NCBI GenBank assembly: GCA_051530055.1
Contig: CM121341.1
Span: 8,596,784 to 8,660,783, forward strand
Source: Neoechinorhynchus agilis
Taxonomy: Eukaryota; Animalia; Acanthocephala
Direction: 5' to 3'
DNA: 64,000 bases
The position numbers were made by a program, and so were the translations under genes. Positions 25,340 to 38,904 of this stretch are shown one piece after another (the stretch's first letter is position 1; each line of letters opens with the position of its first letter). A model generated the notes under the pieces. The model did no database searches and was not told the DNA's origin. It was given only the letters and a program-made list of their open reading frames with translations.

Positions 25340-26105
25340 CATTTAAAAACTATTTTTAATTTTTTGTGGGGGACTGAATTCTAAAACAATAAACAAAATT
25401 ATGGGAAAACCCGAACAAATAAAAGTTCAAATCTTTATTCGAGAACATTTAAAAACTACCTTTTAACTTTTTGTAGGGGGCTGAATTCTAAAACAATAAA
25501 CAAAATAATGGGAAAACACGAACAAATAAAAAAGTTCAAATCTTTATTCGAGAATATTTAGAAACTACCTTTTAACTTTTTGTGGGGGCGAACAAATAAA
25601 AGTTCAAATTTTATTGAGAATATTTAGAAACTACCTTTTAACTTTTTGTGGGGGCTGAATTCTCAAACAATAAACAAAATAATGGGAAAACCCGAACAAA
25701 TAAAAGTTCAAATTTTATTCGAGAATATTTAAAACTACCTTTTAACTTTTTGTGGGGGCTGAATTTAAACAATAAACAAAATAATGGGAAAACCGAACAA
25801 ATAAAAAAGTTAAATTTTTTGCTGAATTCTCAAACAATAAACAAAATAATGGGAAAACACGAACAAATAAAAAAGTTCAAATCTTTATTCGAGAATATTT
25901 AGAAACTACCTTTTAACTTTTTGTGGGGGCTGAATTCTCAAACAATAAACAAAATAATGGGAAAACCCGAACAAATAAAAAAGTTCAAATTTTTATTCGA
26001 GAATATTTAAAAACTACCTTTTAACTTTTTGTGGGGGCTGAATTCTCAAACAATAAACAAAATAATGGGAAAACCCGAACAAATAAAAAAGTTCAAATTT
26101 TTATT
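25340..26105. repeat. About 109-bp tandem array (6-7 units, some deleted)
   Basis: GGGGGCTGAATTCTCAAACAATAAACAAAATAATGGGAAAACCCGAACAAATAAAA...CTACCTTTTAACTTTTTGT is repeated, for example at 25925 and 26034. Confidence 0.92.
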
Positions 26106-26391
26106 GGACGTGTTTTTGGAAGGGCTTTTTATGTTAGAAAGCCAAGAAATTCTTGTAACTGTTTGTCCTTAAAGTAATCGTGATTGCTTCTATTTTTTGA
26201 AAATTATGTTATTGAGCTCCTACAAAAAAAATTCTTGAATTCATAGAAAAAATGGTAAAAAAAGGAGAATCGATAATTTTGTGTGTATTCTTTAAAAAGG
26301 ACTTAAACCCGTTGGGTAGCTAAGGATTCTTTCTGCGCAATGACGAAACGTGGATACATTTGGGAGCAAAATCGTAATTTTTCTGCGTGAA

Positions 26392-27095
26392 ATGGATCAA
26401 ATTGGCGAGGTGCAGGATGCGGTGATGAATGTTTCTCTTGACAGTAAGTTGTTTTCGCGTTGTTTTTTCCTTAGAAACTTTGAATAGTTGTTGAAGACAT
26501 TCCTTTTCTATTGAGGAATATAATGAGTTTTGTTGAAGTTTACGATAGTCGAATAAGTGAGCTTCAGAAACAATTGCCTCCTATTCACATGAACGGTACG
26601 GAGGCCGCTACGTTTGTTGATTTTAGAATCAGTTACTCCGAAATGGCGGCCATTATGAAAGAGATAATGCAACTCCAACAAGAGAAAATGAATGCGATCA
26701 GTGAATGGCATCGACGGTTGTATATTGTTTCATCGACTATGGATCCGGCTCTGAAGCGAAACCAAATGAGTGAACTTCATGAAATGACTTCTAAAAGGGA
26801 AATAATGGCTACTTTGAAGAAATTACGCGAAGCAGCCAAATGTGGCACGAGGCGAAGATCGGAGACTTCCAAGTATTGTATTTGTAAATTGCCCAAACCA
26901 ACCGTCGAAATGGTTCTGTGTGAATCTGGGTTCTGTGAAAGCGAATGGTTCCATCTTGATTGTCTCCGATTAGAACCGAAGGATCTCCCAGATATGGAAT
27001 GGTACTGCGAATCTTGCCTTAAAGATGAAAGATTAGACAAAAACGCCAAGAAAAGATACGACGAGTCAATGGCCAAAAAGAAGAGTGCGTGGTGA
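26392..27095 (+). CDS. ING: Divergent ING-family PHD-finger protein, 2 exons (intron 26444-26487)
   Basis: The splice gives SLD/IVEDIPFLLRNIMSFVEVYD (ING N-terminal helix). PHD YCICK...EMVLCESGFCESEWFHLDCLRL...EWYCESC. 44-nt GT-AG intron. Confidence 0.8.
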
Positions 27096-28338
27096 TCCTT
27101 TTTTTTAGTTTAAATGAAAAACGAAAATAGGCTTTCGGACGAGTTCACACGACATTCTGCATCGCCGAAACTAATCAGTTTCGCTACACGCCATAAAACA
27201 ACCAATTTTATAAAAAAGCCGATTATTTCCTTTCCCGACTGGGAGGGATGCTAAAACATCCCACCGGCGATTTCCTGCTGCCGCGAATCAGCGCGGCGAT
27301 CCAACGCGGCCATCAAGGAAGCTGCCGAACAATCATAACATCTCTAAAGAAACGTAATCGAATAACTTTAAATTGCAGATTTAGTGAGAAAAAATGTTAG
27401 ACTTTAAGAAAGCGTGATTTTTAAAGCATTCTCGAATCTTGGCATCTTTTTAAGCAATGTTTAATCGTGAATGTGCGACATTGTTCCGACCGCTGGAAAA
27501 CCCTTTCGATTGATTAAAGAAACTCGTAAATTAGATAAAAACAGAGCACGAATCGCAAAACGAGAACAAAAACGTCAAAGTTCCAACGCGAATTAAAGCG
27601 ACCTTTTTGCGAAAAAAGGTAGAAAATGCGAATTTAAACCCTGACACGCGCAAGAGCACAATCGGTTGTTTTCAAATGGATTTCGATATGGAAGAATGAT
27701 GAAACTGTAACACGCCGCGGATATATCGATTTATTTTCCACCATTTCATTTTTACAACAAAAAATTGGCGGATGTGGGGTTATTTTTGTAGTGGCTAACA
27801 TTATGGCATCGCTCGAAAAAGGCGACATTTTTTACGTTGATTTTGGCGAATCGACTAGATCTTTGGTTCATGATCATTGCTTTTGTGCACGAAAACTGAG
27901 CTGAAGTTTTTTTAAGGCAAAAACTCACATTATGAGCACTATTGGTGACGTTTAATAGCGCCATGAACGTGAAAGACTCATTCCGATTGTGTTTGAGAGC
28001 GCGAACGTTGCGACAAAGTTTCTTTGCTAAGAGCACACTTTCGATAGTGTACACATTTTTTCTTCTAAGAATCTAACGTCTTGTCCAATGTTTTTACCTT
28101 TTAGGACTTGTTTTGATCTGTGGATTATCAACATAAAAAACGTATTTAAACTTATGTGAGTATCTCCATTGTAGCTTACAGTCTATCCAATTCGAGTAAT
28201 GCCTTAATGTACACTTAGACGGTAACGAACATCCTTTAAAAAATTTAATAACGTCTCCTTGGGGGTGTCCAAATATCGTTCCAATAATCCACAATTTTTG
28301 ACTTATTGCTTAAAAGTATTCATAGGGTTTTTCTATAA

Positions 28339-28989
<651 letters not shown>

Positions 28990-29229
28990 TAGGAAGGAAG
29001 AGTAATGGACAAGTGACCGCACTTGGGTGTATCGCAGAGGCGATTGACTCTGCATACTCGCGCGCGTGTTTGCTTTTTCGAAATGTGAGTGTTAAACGAT
29101 CATCATTGAGATTAAATGCTAAACCATTAGTCGGGATTATGATTCCATATTGCGCAGAACTCTAAAAGTCCGTGATGCTTTTACTTCACTAAAACAATCA
29201 GAACGACTGTCAGCCCTACCAATACAATT

Positions 29230-29403
29230 TTTACAACATTTTATTACCATTATAACACGAACGGAACACTCACAATTCCAATTCCTTTAATTCTCCCTCA
29301 AACTCGCACTTTCCTCTTCTACCTCCACTCCTTTTTCCATACTGGCCAAACTTCTCGGATATCGTAATGAACCTGGGGAAAGACCCAACCTCACAAACTC
29401 TAC
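29230..29403 (+). mobile_element. 3' end of an L2/CR1-like LINE
   Basis: Encodes LILPQTRTFLFYLHSFFHTGQTSRIS*. Homologous to 30780-30900 (-) and 39395-39540 (+). Confidence 0.5.
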
Positions 29404-29960
29404 TCTGCACCAGCGGCGATTTCGAGAGAATAGAGAATGTTGCTTACTGCGAGGGTATCCACACACGTTGCGTCCCAGAGAAGGCATTTGCCCTCCCGCC
29501 ACGGAAAGACCGAAATTCCGTCAGGTCGACGACCATATAGTCGACAAAGATGGATGGGTTCCAAGATGTCGGTGAAATTCGCCGTTCTCAGCGCCCGAGA
29601 AATTACGCTGTTGATCTCAAAATGGCGTGGTAGCCTTGCTCCTGACTTTCAACAAATGAGAACGTGTCGCCCGAATGCATCAACCAAAGACCCACATCGA
29701 CAGCGATGGGGCGTGCATATCGGGAAACCTAGTCTTAAGGACACTGCGATCCTCGTTACCTCATCGGTGAGAAGAGTTCACGCAGATGCCAGAGGAAAAG
29801 CCTCCAACCACGCCCTCAATTCTCGTGTCGAAACTGCCAACAATCAAGCTTGGACGACCCTACCGCGAGAACTTGAAAGTAGAGAGCTGTGAGCTCGCGC
29901 GACGAGAGGCGCCTGTTTGCTGGCACCATTCTTCAACTGCCACCCATCGAATCGAATAAA
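29404..29960 (-). mobile_element. CRE-clade retrotransposon fragment: CCHC finger + PD-(D/E)xK endonuclease, with stop codons
   Basis: Minus strand: LLAVSTRELRAWLEAFP...[54 protein letters not shown]...EPIHLCRLYGRRPDGISVFPWREGKCLLWDATCVDTLAVSN. Confidence 0.88.
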
Positions 29961-30479
29961 ACGCACCTGACGTAATTTGATTACAACCGAGTGAAAGCTG
30001 GTAATTGGCTTCAAAGCAACACCGATCACATATAGCTCAAAATGGTTACAGTCATCATTAAGAAAACAACAAATTTGCGCGTGCTCGTTAGATTTTAAAA
30101 CTGAGACATTGTAGTCTCATAAATGGATGGAATAGAGATAGTTTTCAAATTCAAACTTGAAAGTCAATAAAGTAGTTTTCAAGATATCGACGGTTGATCT
30201 TTGTTATTCATTCCGCAGAAAACGATACAGACAAAAATTTCAATTCTTCATTTTATCGCTACTCCGTAAAGTGCGTTTTTGAGTTTAGTAGCTATTGCGC
30301 AAGGCGAATTTATTACAATCGCTCATTCTTCCCACATTATCATGATAAACCTGAAAAGGATTATAATAGTAACACGTTTTACTAAAGCCAAAAGAATAGA
30401 ACCCATGTACCTTTGGGTACTCGTGAACACTCGAGTTCTGATTTTTAAATGAATGTGGCAGTTGATTTTGGAGTAAATA

Positions 30480-31230
30480 ACAGATCCGGTCGGCCGAGGA
30501 AATATCCAATCAGGTTAGGAAGGTTGGTGGTTGAAAATACAAAAGGTTAGGAGGACCCATGTACCTTCGGGTCGTCATCCGTTAATATGGGAATATGCAG
30601 TCAATGGATGCCCGTTCGGGAGGTAATATCTGGTCGGAGGGATGTCTATTAGGGTAGGAACTTTCCTTGTCCGTTCGGTTGAGAATATCCGGTTGGGTTG
30701 GAAGGTCTGTTCTGGTGAGAATTCGAGTTGATTGCTTGCAGGAGCGCTTATAAGGTTGGTATTTTCTCAGAATCATTTCAGGTTATGATAACCGCGAAGA
30801 TTGGGCAGCATGGAAAAGGGAGCGTAGATATAATGACGTACAAGGTATAGGAGGGTGAACCGAATCACGATTACGAGTGTTGTGCTCGTGTGAAAGGGGA
30901 GCGATATGTGGAAGAAATTGTGGTGGTAGGGTTGAGAGGCGTTTTGATTGATTAATGAAAATAGCATCGAGGCATTCGGTGAGAGGGGGAAAGTAAGTTG
31001 TGTAAATTTTAGATGCTCTTTTGTGAAGAATTTCAAGACGGCGGATTAGTGGAGGCTTTTGAGGAAATAAATTTTAAAAGTGTTGTGCCTGAGGGAGAGA
31101 GTGATGTGCGAGTCCCATTTCAAATTTGTATTGAAATTGGATACCCAGAATTCTTAGGGAGGCTACTCGTAGGATGTCATTTAGAAGCTCAGGGGATGAT
31201 GTGGGGTAGGGATTCAGAACAGTAATCCTT
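30480..31230 (-). mobile_element. Degenerate 3' part of an L2/CR1-like LINE with tail
   Basis: LRILGIQF / NLKWDSHITLSLRHNTFKIYFLKSL ... HKRASKI ... HEHNTRNRDSVHPPIPCTSLYLRSLFHAA resembles the C-terminus after the RT of L2/CR1/Crack elements. Frameshifted. Confidence 0.6.
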
Positions 31231-32189
31231 GAAAGTCTACATGGAACAACGGTTCTGATCGACCACGTCGCATCTTCATCAACGAGAAAAGAAATTTTCC
31301 CCGTCCATCAAATTCGTTTTCGTGAAGATTTTGATTGTCGCACTACCGCAAGGAAATGAAATAACATACACGTAGAAATCAACAAACACACACGAATCAG
31401 TAACAAATCAATTAACACGAACAAATACACAAATAGACACGCGATTATATAGACAAAATAATACATAATAAAATATGCAACGGTGATAAGAACATATACG
31501 TTTTTATGCCTAATGATTTATATATTCAAGGTTAAATTGCCCAAGTCAAGGAATATTTTGCCCCTCGCCCACGCAGATGATATATTTTTATTTTGCAAAC
31601 CCAAAAATTGGAAGCTTTCAATTTTTCATGTCTCATAATATTTATATAATCTGTAACGTTGTTTTAGAGAAGTAAATTTAACTTTTAATCCGCCAAAAAC
31701 GGTTCCCCAGGAAACAAACATGTTCTTTCTTAATAAATTAAGAAATAAATTACAAAAGATTAGACGCCAATTAGATTATAGTTAGATAACTCTTCTCTCA
31801 GCACTTTATAGAATCTTTTGATCAAGGTAGTGGCCCGCAGCGACTTGTTTTTAATTTCAAATTCACATAATAAATATTTTAGAGATTATACACTTGGTAA
31901 GAAAAAAATTAAAGGGATGATATTTTAAATATATTACTAGTATTATTTAGCAACATGACCGAAAAGGACAACAAAAAATGAATGTTTCATTCTTAAAAGT
32001 AATTGTAATAAAAAGAGGGAGAGTATGGGTATTGAGGAGCTTATAGATCACTAGAACTCAGCTCCTACTCTCCTTCGGTCTCCTATTATTCATTTAGGAT
32101 TCAATAGAGTTGAACTCTCGAGCAAATAATTTAACGGTATAACAGCACAACACTATACATGTGAAATAAATAGTACATTTACATGGGCG

Positions 32190-33410
32190 AATATACAAAC
32201 GTACGAGTAAATTTGCAACGTATGAACAAACACAACTATAAACAGGTACGAACCCATAACGTTGAAGTCAAACATAAAAAGACTCGAAAATGAAGAAGCG
32301 ATACGGACATGTAAACAAAGATCGGACAATTACAAAGACGAAATAACAAAAATGGATGAAAACACAATAGCGAAGATATACACGAAACAAAAAAACAGAC
32401 AACGATGTTCATGTTCGAACGAATGCACAAATACAACTATAAACACGGACGAACACATAACGTTGAAGTCAACAAACTGAAGGATTCGAAAATGAAGAAG
32501 CGTTGCTGACATGTAAACAAAATAAGACAAAAAACGGATGAAACAATCAACATTGATGAAAACATAATCACGCAGATATACACGAATGGAAACGAACGAA
32601 CAACGATGTTCATGTTCGAAAGAATGCACAAATACAACTATAAATACGGACGAATCCATAACGTTGAAGTCAACAAACAAAAAGATTCGAAAACTAAGAA
32701 GCGTTGCTAACATGTAAACAAAGATAGGACAAAAACACGGATGAAACAATCAACATTGATGAAAACGAAATCACGCAGAAATACACGAATGGAAACCAAC
32801 GAACAACGATGTTCATGTTCGAACGAATGCACAAATACAACTATAAATACGGACGAACCAATAACGTTGAAGTCAACAAACTAAAAGATTCGAAAATTAA
32901 GAAGCGTTGCGAACATGTAAACAAAGATAAGACATAAATGCGGATAAAACAACAGAAATGGATGAAAACACAATAGCGAAGATATACACGAACGGAAACG
33001 AACGAACAACGATGTTCATGTTCGAAAGAATGCACAAATACAACTATAAATACGGACGAACCAATAAAGTTGAAGTCAACAAACAAAAAGATTCGAAAAC
33101 TAAGAAGCGTTGCGAACATGTAAACAAAGATACGACATAAATGCAGATAAAACAACAGAAATGGATGAAAACACAATAGCGAAGATATACACGAACGGAA
33201 ACGAACGAACAACGATGTTCATGTTCGAAAGAATGCACAAATACAACTATTAATACGGACGAACCAATAAAGTTGAAGTCAACAAACAAAAAGATTCGAA
33301 AATGAAGAAGCGTTGCGAACATGTAAACAAAGATAGGACAAAAACACGGATGAAACAATCAACATTGATGAAAACGAAATCACGCAGAAATACACGAATG
33401 GAAACTTTTT
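32190..33410. repeat. About 202-bp A/C-rich tandem satellite, array 1 (about 6 units)
   Basis: TTCATGTTCGAA recurs at about 32408, 32609, 32811, 33014 and 33217. Confidence 0.93.
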
Positions 33411-33473
33411 GTAAAGAAATTAATCATTATTGTTTCAATTTCATTAGCGATATTCACTCAGAAATAGATTTAT

Positions 33474-33513
33474 ATTGAAAATTTTCGGCCTTTTCGTTGG
33501 TCTACTTCAGTCA
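33474..33513 (-). ncRNA. Degenerate minimal hammerhead-like motif
   Basis: TGA-CTGAAGTA-GACC-AACGAAAA-GGCC-GAAA-ATT-T-TCA. Same family as the 56.5 and 61.8 kb motifs, with core mutations. Confidence 0.35.
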
Positions 33514-33969
33514 GATTGCTTGTAAGTTTTTAAATATTCGAGTTCGTGTCCTATTTAAGAACGAACAACGATTTACACGTGCGAAAGAAAAGCTAAGTTG
33601 GTAATTTTCACGGGTCAATTAAAAAGTAGTTTTGAAGATTTCGACGGTAGGTTTTCCTGTTTCATTTTGGATCATGAAATGCAAGCAAAACTCTGTACTT
33701 CTCATTTCATCGCTACTCGGCAAACTGGATTTTGAGCATAGTAATTGTTTCACAAGACAGCTCCGGAACTGACGCTCCCAAGCCCGGGTGAAAAAGGTGG
33801 AGAGCTGGCATCAGGAAGATCATCAGGCTTTAAAAATATGCCAAATTTTGTCCCAAATGACATCAAACATACAAATGAACAAGTATATTAAGGTGTACCA
33901 TGTTCGCGACGTGCAAGCTATTCGCTCGAAGTTTGTGTTAAATCAACCAGAGCTACCGAGTCATATTGG

Positions 33970-35095
33970 CAAAATGCCGGAAGCTTGACAAAGTACAGTG
34001 ATTCCGATCTTTAAGCAGAAAAGCGACGTTGAACAATGTAGTAGTTACAAGGGTATAAAATTGATAAGTCATACAATGAAAGTATGGGAAAGGCTTCTGA
34101 ACAGCCGGCTTTAAGAGGAGATCCGTCTGGACTAGCAGCAGCGTTGCTTCATGCCGATTCGAAGAAGCACTACGGATGAGATTTTCTTAATTAGACAATT
34201 GTACGAGAGGTTCGATGAATCTATACAGTGTATTCATCGACCTTGAAAAGGCATACGACACAGTGCCGAGAGACTACGTACAAACTATCAGGATTATGTA
34301 CGACGGATCATACACGGGTGTTCGATGGAGTGTGGTCGAAACAAAGTATTTCGAGGTCTCGGGGGGTTACATCAGGGATCTGCCCTCAGTCCGTTCCTAT
34401 CCATCACGATCATGGACGTATTTGGACCCCAGCAAAACGATTCAAAGCCTCCGTGGACTTTAATGTACGCTGATGACTTGATAGTCACAACGGAAAAACG
34501 CGAAGTGGCTCAGCAAAGACTGAAGGGGTGGCGCGACGCATTTGAAAGCAACGGACTCAAAGTAAACATGGGTCCGAAGGGTCTAGAATTAGATAGCACA
34601 CAATTAAAATTGAAAGAGTCAGTTGAATATCTCGACAGCAAGGTTAGAATGGCCAACTCTCTCAAACCTAAAATAACTCCTCGAATACAAAGCCGATGGC
34701 ACAACTGGATAAAAATGTCAACCGTATTCCGTATGTGATAAAAGGATCGGGTTAAAGCTAAAAGGATCCGAGTATACGAGACTGTAGTGAGACCAGCAAT
34801 GTTGTACGCCGAAGAAGGACGACCTCAGTCGATTAGAGTCGAATGAAATGAGGATGTTGAGATGGTCAGCTGGATTCTCACTGAGGGATATGAAAAGAAA
34901 CGAGGATATTAGAGGGATGCTAAGGGTTCGTGGATGCACCGAAGTGATAGCTCAAAGAAGATTGCGGTGGATCAATGAGATTATGAATATCTAGGCTCGT
35001 ATAAGCATAGAGGGGGTCGAGATATTGGGAAGACGGCGCCGAGGGAGACCGAAAAAGCGTTGGATGGATTGTGTAAATCAAGATCGAAGTTAAAT
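33970..35095 (+). mobile_element. Degenerate RTE-clade LINE (RT to 3' end)
   Basis: GKMPEA*QSTVIPIFKQK...YKGIKLISHTMKVWERLL, FIDLEKAYDTVPR, GLHQGSALSPFL, WTLMYADD, and terminal RRRGRPKKRWMDCV. Multiple frameshifts. Confidence 0.88.
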
Positions 35096-35185
35096 TTTTC
35101 ACCAAATAGATGTCATATTAGGATCCGCGACCTCTCGAAATAGAGAAAAGCGTGAGTGAGAAGTTGCACAAGGCGAATTTATTAT

Positions 35186-35965
35186 CATCCTTCATTCTTT
35201 TCACAATATCTTGATAAACTTGAGTAATAAGCGCCTAAAGGATTGTTTGCAAATCGATTATCAATCGATGGATTTAGAACAGCAAGTCTTGACAGTTTAC
35301 ATGGATCTGATGTTCCGATCGTCGATTTCGCCTCCTCATCTACCGGCGACGAAGATTTCTCCATCTACGGAATGCGTTTGTGTGGTGATTTCGATTCTCA
35401 CACAACAGTCGAACCTTCTTTAATTTTGCATATGCGTACAATGGCGGAAGAGGAGCCAGAGTTTCAGGCAAATCTGGCTGTTCATCCAATGGAAATGAAG
35501 GTAACCGAGTCCATTGAACAATCGGCTGCATTAAAACCCCGCGCTGTTCAATCCGGAATGCTGGCATGTACTTTTGTCGTACGTCGTAGAATGCAAGAAT
35601 AACTAACGTGTCTTATTCGATCTAATAAATAAGGCTATCTCAGCTGGATCGATTCCTTCTCGTATAAGGATCTTCGTGAGATCGATAATATTCGCAGAGT
35701 CACGTCGTGTCAAGCGCATCCGTCGGTCAAGTTCAGCAAAAAGATGCTTAGAGACTTTTGAAAAAAAATACTATTAATTGTTATTGGATTTACTCACATT
35801 GTCTCACTTCTTTAGTGATATGATCAATCTGTTCGTCATTAAGATTATGAATTTCCGCTCGATGAGTTACAACTTTCCTTACAAGTCGATTCAAAAACGG
35901 CATCTCTATGTCTAGAAAATATATATTCAGCCATTCCGAATTTGCTTCCAAAGAACCAAACTAAA
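35186..35965 (-). CDS. Possible small multi-exon gene, product unknown
   Basis: Successive open segments (EMPFLNRLVRKVV..HITKE / YFFSKVSKHLFAELDRRMRL..KILIREGIDPAEIALFIRS / LPSFPLDEQPDLPETL..) with plausible GT/AG sites. Model not fully resolved. Confidence 0.35.
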
Positions 35966-36324
35966 ATTTATTCCGTACAAAAATCGTGACAGCACAAAAA
36001 AGAGCCATAAATATCAATAAAACAAACACAATGAAGTTCAAGTGATCGAAAGAATCATACCCCGTTGTTATGGGTTTTGGGAACCTTAAACGAACACATT
36101 ATTTATTGAATGCAACAAAGTGCACTTTCGGTGGTAAAAAATGAAGACTAATGGTTAGCGGGCAGAAGGCTACATTAAAAAATTATTGAAAATAACAAAT
36201 CGGCAGCAGGGGATATATAAATGAACGCAAAAAATATACACATGAGTGATAACAAATAATGTTTTGATTTGTGGTGAATATACTCGCCCTGTTAAAAATC
36301 ACTTTTATTGTTCTGAAATATTTC

Positions 36325-37038
36325 GAAAAAAGGAAACCTCGCCTTATCAATCATCTAAAAAACGTTTTTGGTTATGGCTCTTTTCTATATTTTGTCTAAT
36401 AGGCTCTTGTTGACAGATTCGCCACTTCCAACAAGGTTCGGGGACCGTGTTCTCCTGCTCGGAAACCCTGCACTGTATTGTGTGCGTTCTATTGATTTTA
36501 ACTACCTCGCTACTTTTACGCTGAAATTCGCCCTATTGCCTTCCATTGTATTGGCCGCAGAGATGTGTGTAAGGCCTTAAGGACAAGACGCCTTCGAAGA
36601 TTTGGCTTCTCTATAAATTCAGTGCCATCAAAATCTATACGATGTTGCATAGTTTCTTGATGATTTGAAATCGCAGATGAGCGGTCGAACCGTCGACAGG
36701 CTTGTTTATGCTGGGTGACTCTTCTAGGGATGTCCTTCATTGTTTTTGGCCGGTGTACACCTTGTCACATTGAGTGCACTGTATTTTATACACGCCGCAA
36801 CGATGCGGATCATTGTGTCCCTTCTCCTTAAATCTATTTGTGAGGGTGATACCTTTCTTATTGTACACTCGAACTCCAACCTCCGTCCTCATAATCGAAT
36901 TGATCATTTGGTTTGTTGCATCACCAAAATAAATTGAACTCTTTCGTATTTCACGGATTCTGGGAGCGGTTTTTTTGTTCGGTGATTGCTCTGGATGCGA
37001 TATCGGATATACACAATGTAGCGCAACAACATGACGAT
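36325..37038 (-). mobile_element. Penelope-like element fragment (GIY-YIG endonuclease), left inverted arm
   Basis: CGVYKIQCTQCDKVYTGQ / RRVTQHKQACRRFDRSSAISNH...HRIDFDGT...RRRLVLKAL. About 99% reverse-complement identity to 37696-38408. Confidence 0.88.
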
Positions 37039-37480
37039 ATTCCCGAGCTAAATGTCCAAGTAAATGGAAAAACAATCACAATGGAGTATGATACTGGCGC
37101 CAGTGTGTCCGTATTGACCATGAAGGATTAGCGTCGAATAGGAGAGCCGACCTTGACTCCTGTTAAACCCTTGCGGGCGTATGGTGGCAACCGTTTGCAT
37201 ACACTGGGAAAGTGCCGCATCGAAGTGATTTTGCGGACGAGACAAAGGCTATTGGAGGTAATGGTAGTGCGGAACGGCAAGTACAGCTTATTTGGGCGCC
37301 CTTGGATTAACGCCTTCGAAATGCCATGGCCGAGTTGTGTGCGCCACAGTCTAACCTGTTAAAGCAGGAGACCTGTACCCCGGAGACTCCAATGTACCAA
37401 TGGGACGTACCAGAGGAAACGTGGAATCGAATTCACTTAGATTTTGCAGGACCAATTGCTGGACGGTATGATTCTCAAAA
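37039..37480 (+). mobile_element. Ty3/Gypsy fragment: aspartic protease joined to the integrase start (RT/RNase H missing)
   Basis: LNVQVNGKTITMEYDTGASVSVL..PLRAYGG...SLFGRPWINAF, then PMYQWDVPEETWNRIHLDFAGP. Confidence 0.8.
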
Positions 37481-37695
37481 AGAAACGGAAAGGGAAGATG
37501 TGATGCGCGCCAAGTATCGATCGATGTGCAATTAAAATATGCACATATCGATCGGCGCCATTAGTATATAAGGGACTGTCTGTTCGTGGTTGGTGGTCGA
37601 ATAAAGAACATAGTCATGTCGGACACCACAGAAGGCAGCAAGGCGAAATTTACCGTTAAACTGCTAGTGACGTAGTTAAAATCAATAGAACGCAC

Positions 37696-38408
37696 ATCGT
37701 CATGTTGTTGCGCTACATTGTGTATATCCGATATCGCATCCAGAGCAATCACCGAACAAAAAAACCGCTCCCAGAATCCGTGAAATACGAAAGTGTTCAA
37801 TTTATTTTGGTGATGCAACAAACCAAATGATCAATTCGATTATGAGGACGGAGGTTGGAGTTCGAGTGTACAATAAGAAAGGTATCACCCTCACAAATAG
37901 ATTTAAGGAGAAGGGACACAATGATCCGCATCGTTGCGGCGTGTATAAAATACAGTGCACTCAATGTGACAAGGTGTACACCGGCCAAAAACAATGAAGG
38001 ACATCCCTAGAAGAGTCACCCAGCATAAACAAGCCTGTCGACGGTTCGACCGCTCATCTGCGATTTCAAACCATCAAGAAACTATGCAACATCGTATAGA
38101 TTTTGATGGCACTGAATTTATAGAGAAGCCAAATCTTCGAAGGCGTCTTGTCCTTAAGGCCTTACACACATCTCTGCGGCCAATACAATGGAAGGCAATA
38201 GGGCGAATTTCAGCGTAAAAGTAGCGACGTAGTTAAAATCAATAGAACGCACACAATACAGTGCAGGGTTTCCGAGCAGGAGAACACGGTCCCCGAACCT
38301 TGTTGGAAGTGGCGAATCTGTCAACAAGAGCCTCTTAGACAAAATATAGAAAAGAGCCATAACTAAAAACGTTTTTTAGATGATTGATAAGGCGAGGTTT
38401 CCTTTTTC
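37696..38408 (+). mobile_element. Penelope-like element fragment (GIY-YIG), right arm
   Basis: Same frameshifted GIY-YIG as the left arm. Preceded at 37630-37695 by a diverged copy of the element's own 3' segment (similar to 38200-38262). Confidence 0.88.
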
Positions 38409-38870
38409 AAGTAATTTTTAACCGGGCGAGTATATTCACCACAAGCCAAAATTTAACATCCCGATGGATTTTTTCAATATAAAAAACAAATAATGTACAT
38501 ATAAAACCTACAAACCAATACGAATCAGAAAATACATGTAAAAACATATGAAAAATACCCAAATAAACATGGAATTATGCAAATATAATACCAATTAAGA
38601 CAAAAATTTAACTACATACACCGGCGAACCTACTACAGTGGAGACATTGAATCATATACGTGGACGAATCAACAACTAACCAAATTCACGAACAAAGGCA
38701 CAACGAACTCACAAATACAACTATAAATACGGACGAACCCATAACGTTGAAGTCACACACAAAAATATTTGAAAGTGAAGAAGCGATGCAAACATGTAAA
38801 TAAAAATGAGACAAATCACAGATAAAACCTTTTTTGACGTTCAAGTGCGGATTTAAAACTTTAACAATCG

Positions 38871-38904
38871 CTTAAGAAGATCCGAGATAGTGGATCGAAA
38901 TATC
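38871..38904 (+). ncRNA. Degenerate minimal hammerhead-like motif (second family)
   Basis: CTTAAGAA-GATCC-GAGATAGT-GGATC-GAAA-TAT-C. Related copies occur in both arms of the 48.9-kb fold-back. Confidence 0.35.

Noticed and set aside
27230-27345. GC-rich island with two short hairpins; possible ncRNA or exon (RCYDCSAASL...)
   Set aside because: No recognisable ncRNA boxes or Pol III signals, and no gene model could be built.
31500-31900. Possible L1/Tx1 C-terminal remnant on the minus strand
   Set aside because: Only vague similarity (WGTVFGGLK...) across several stops. Too weak to list as a feature.
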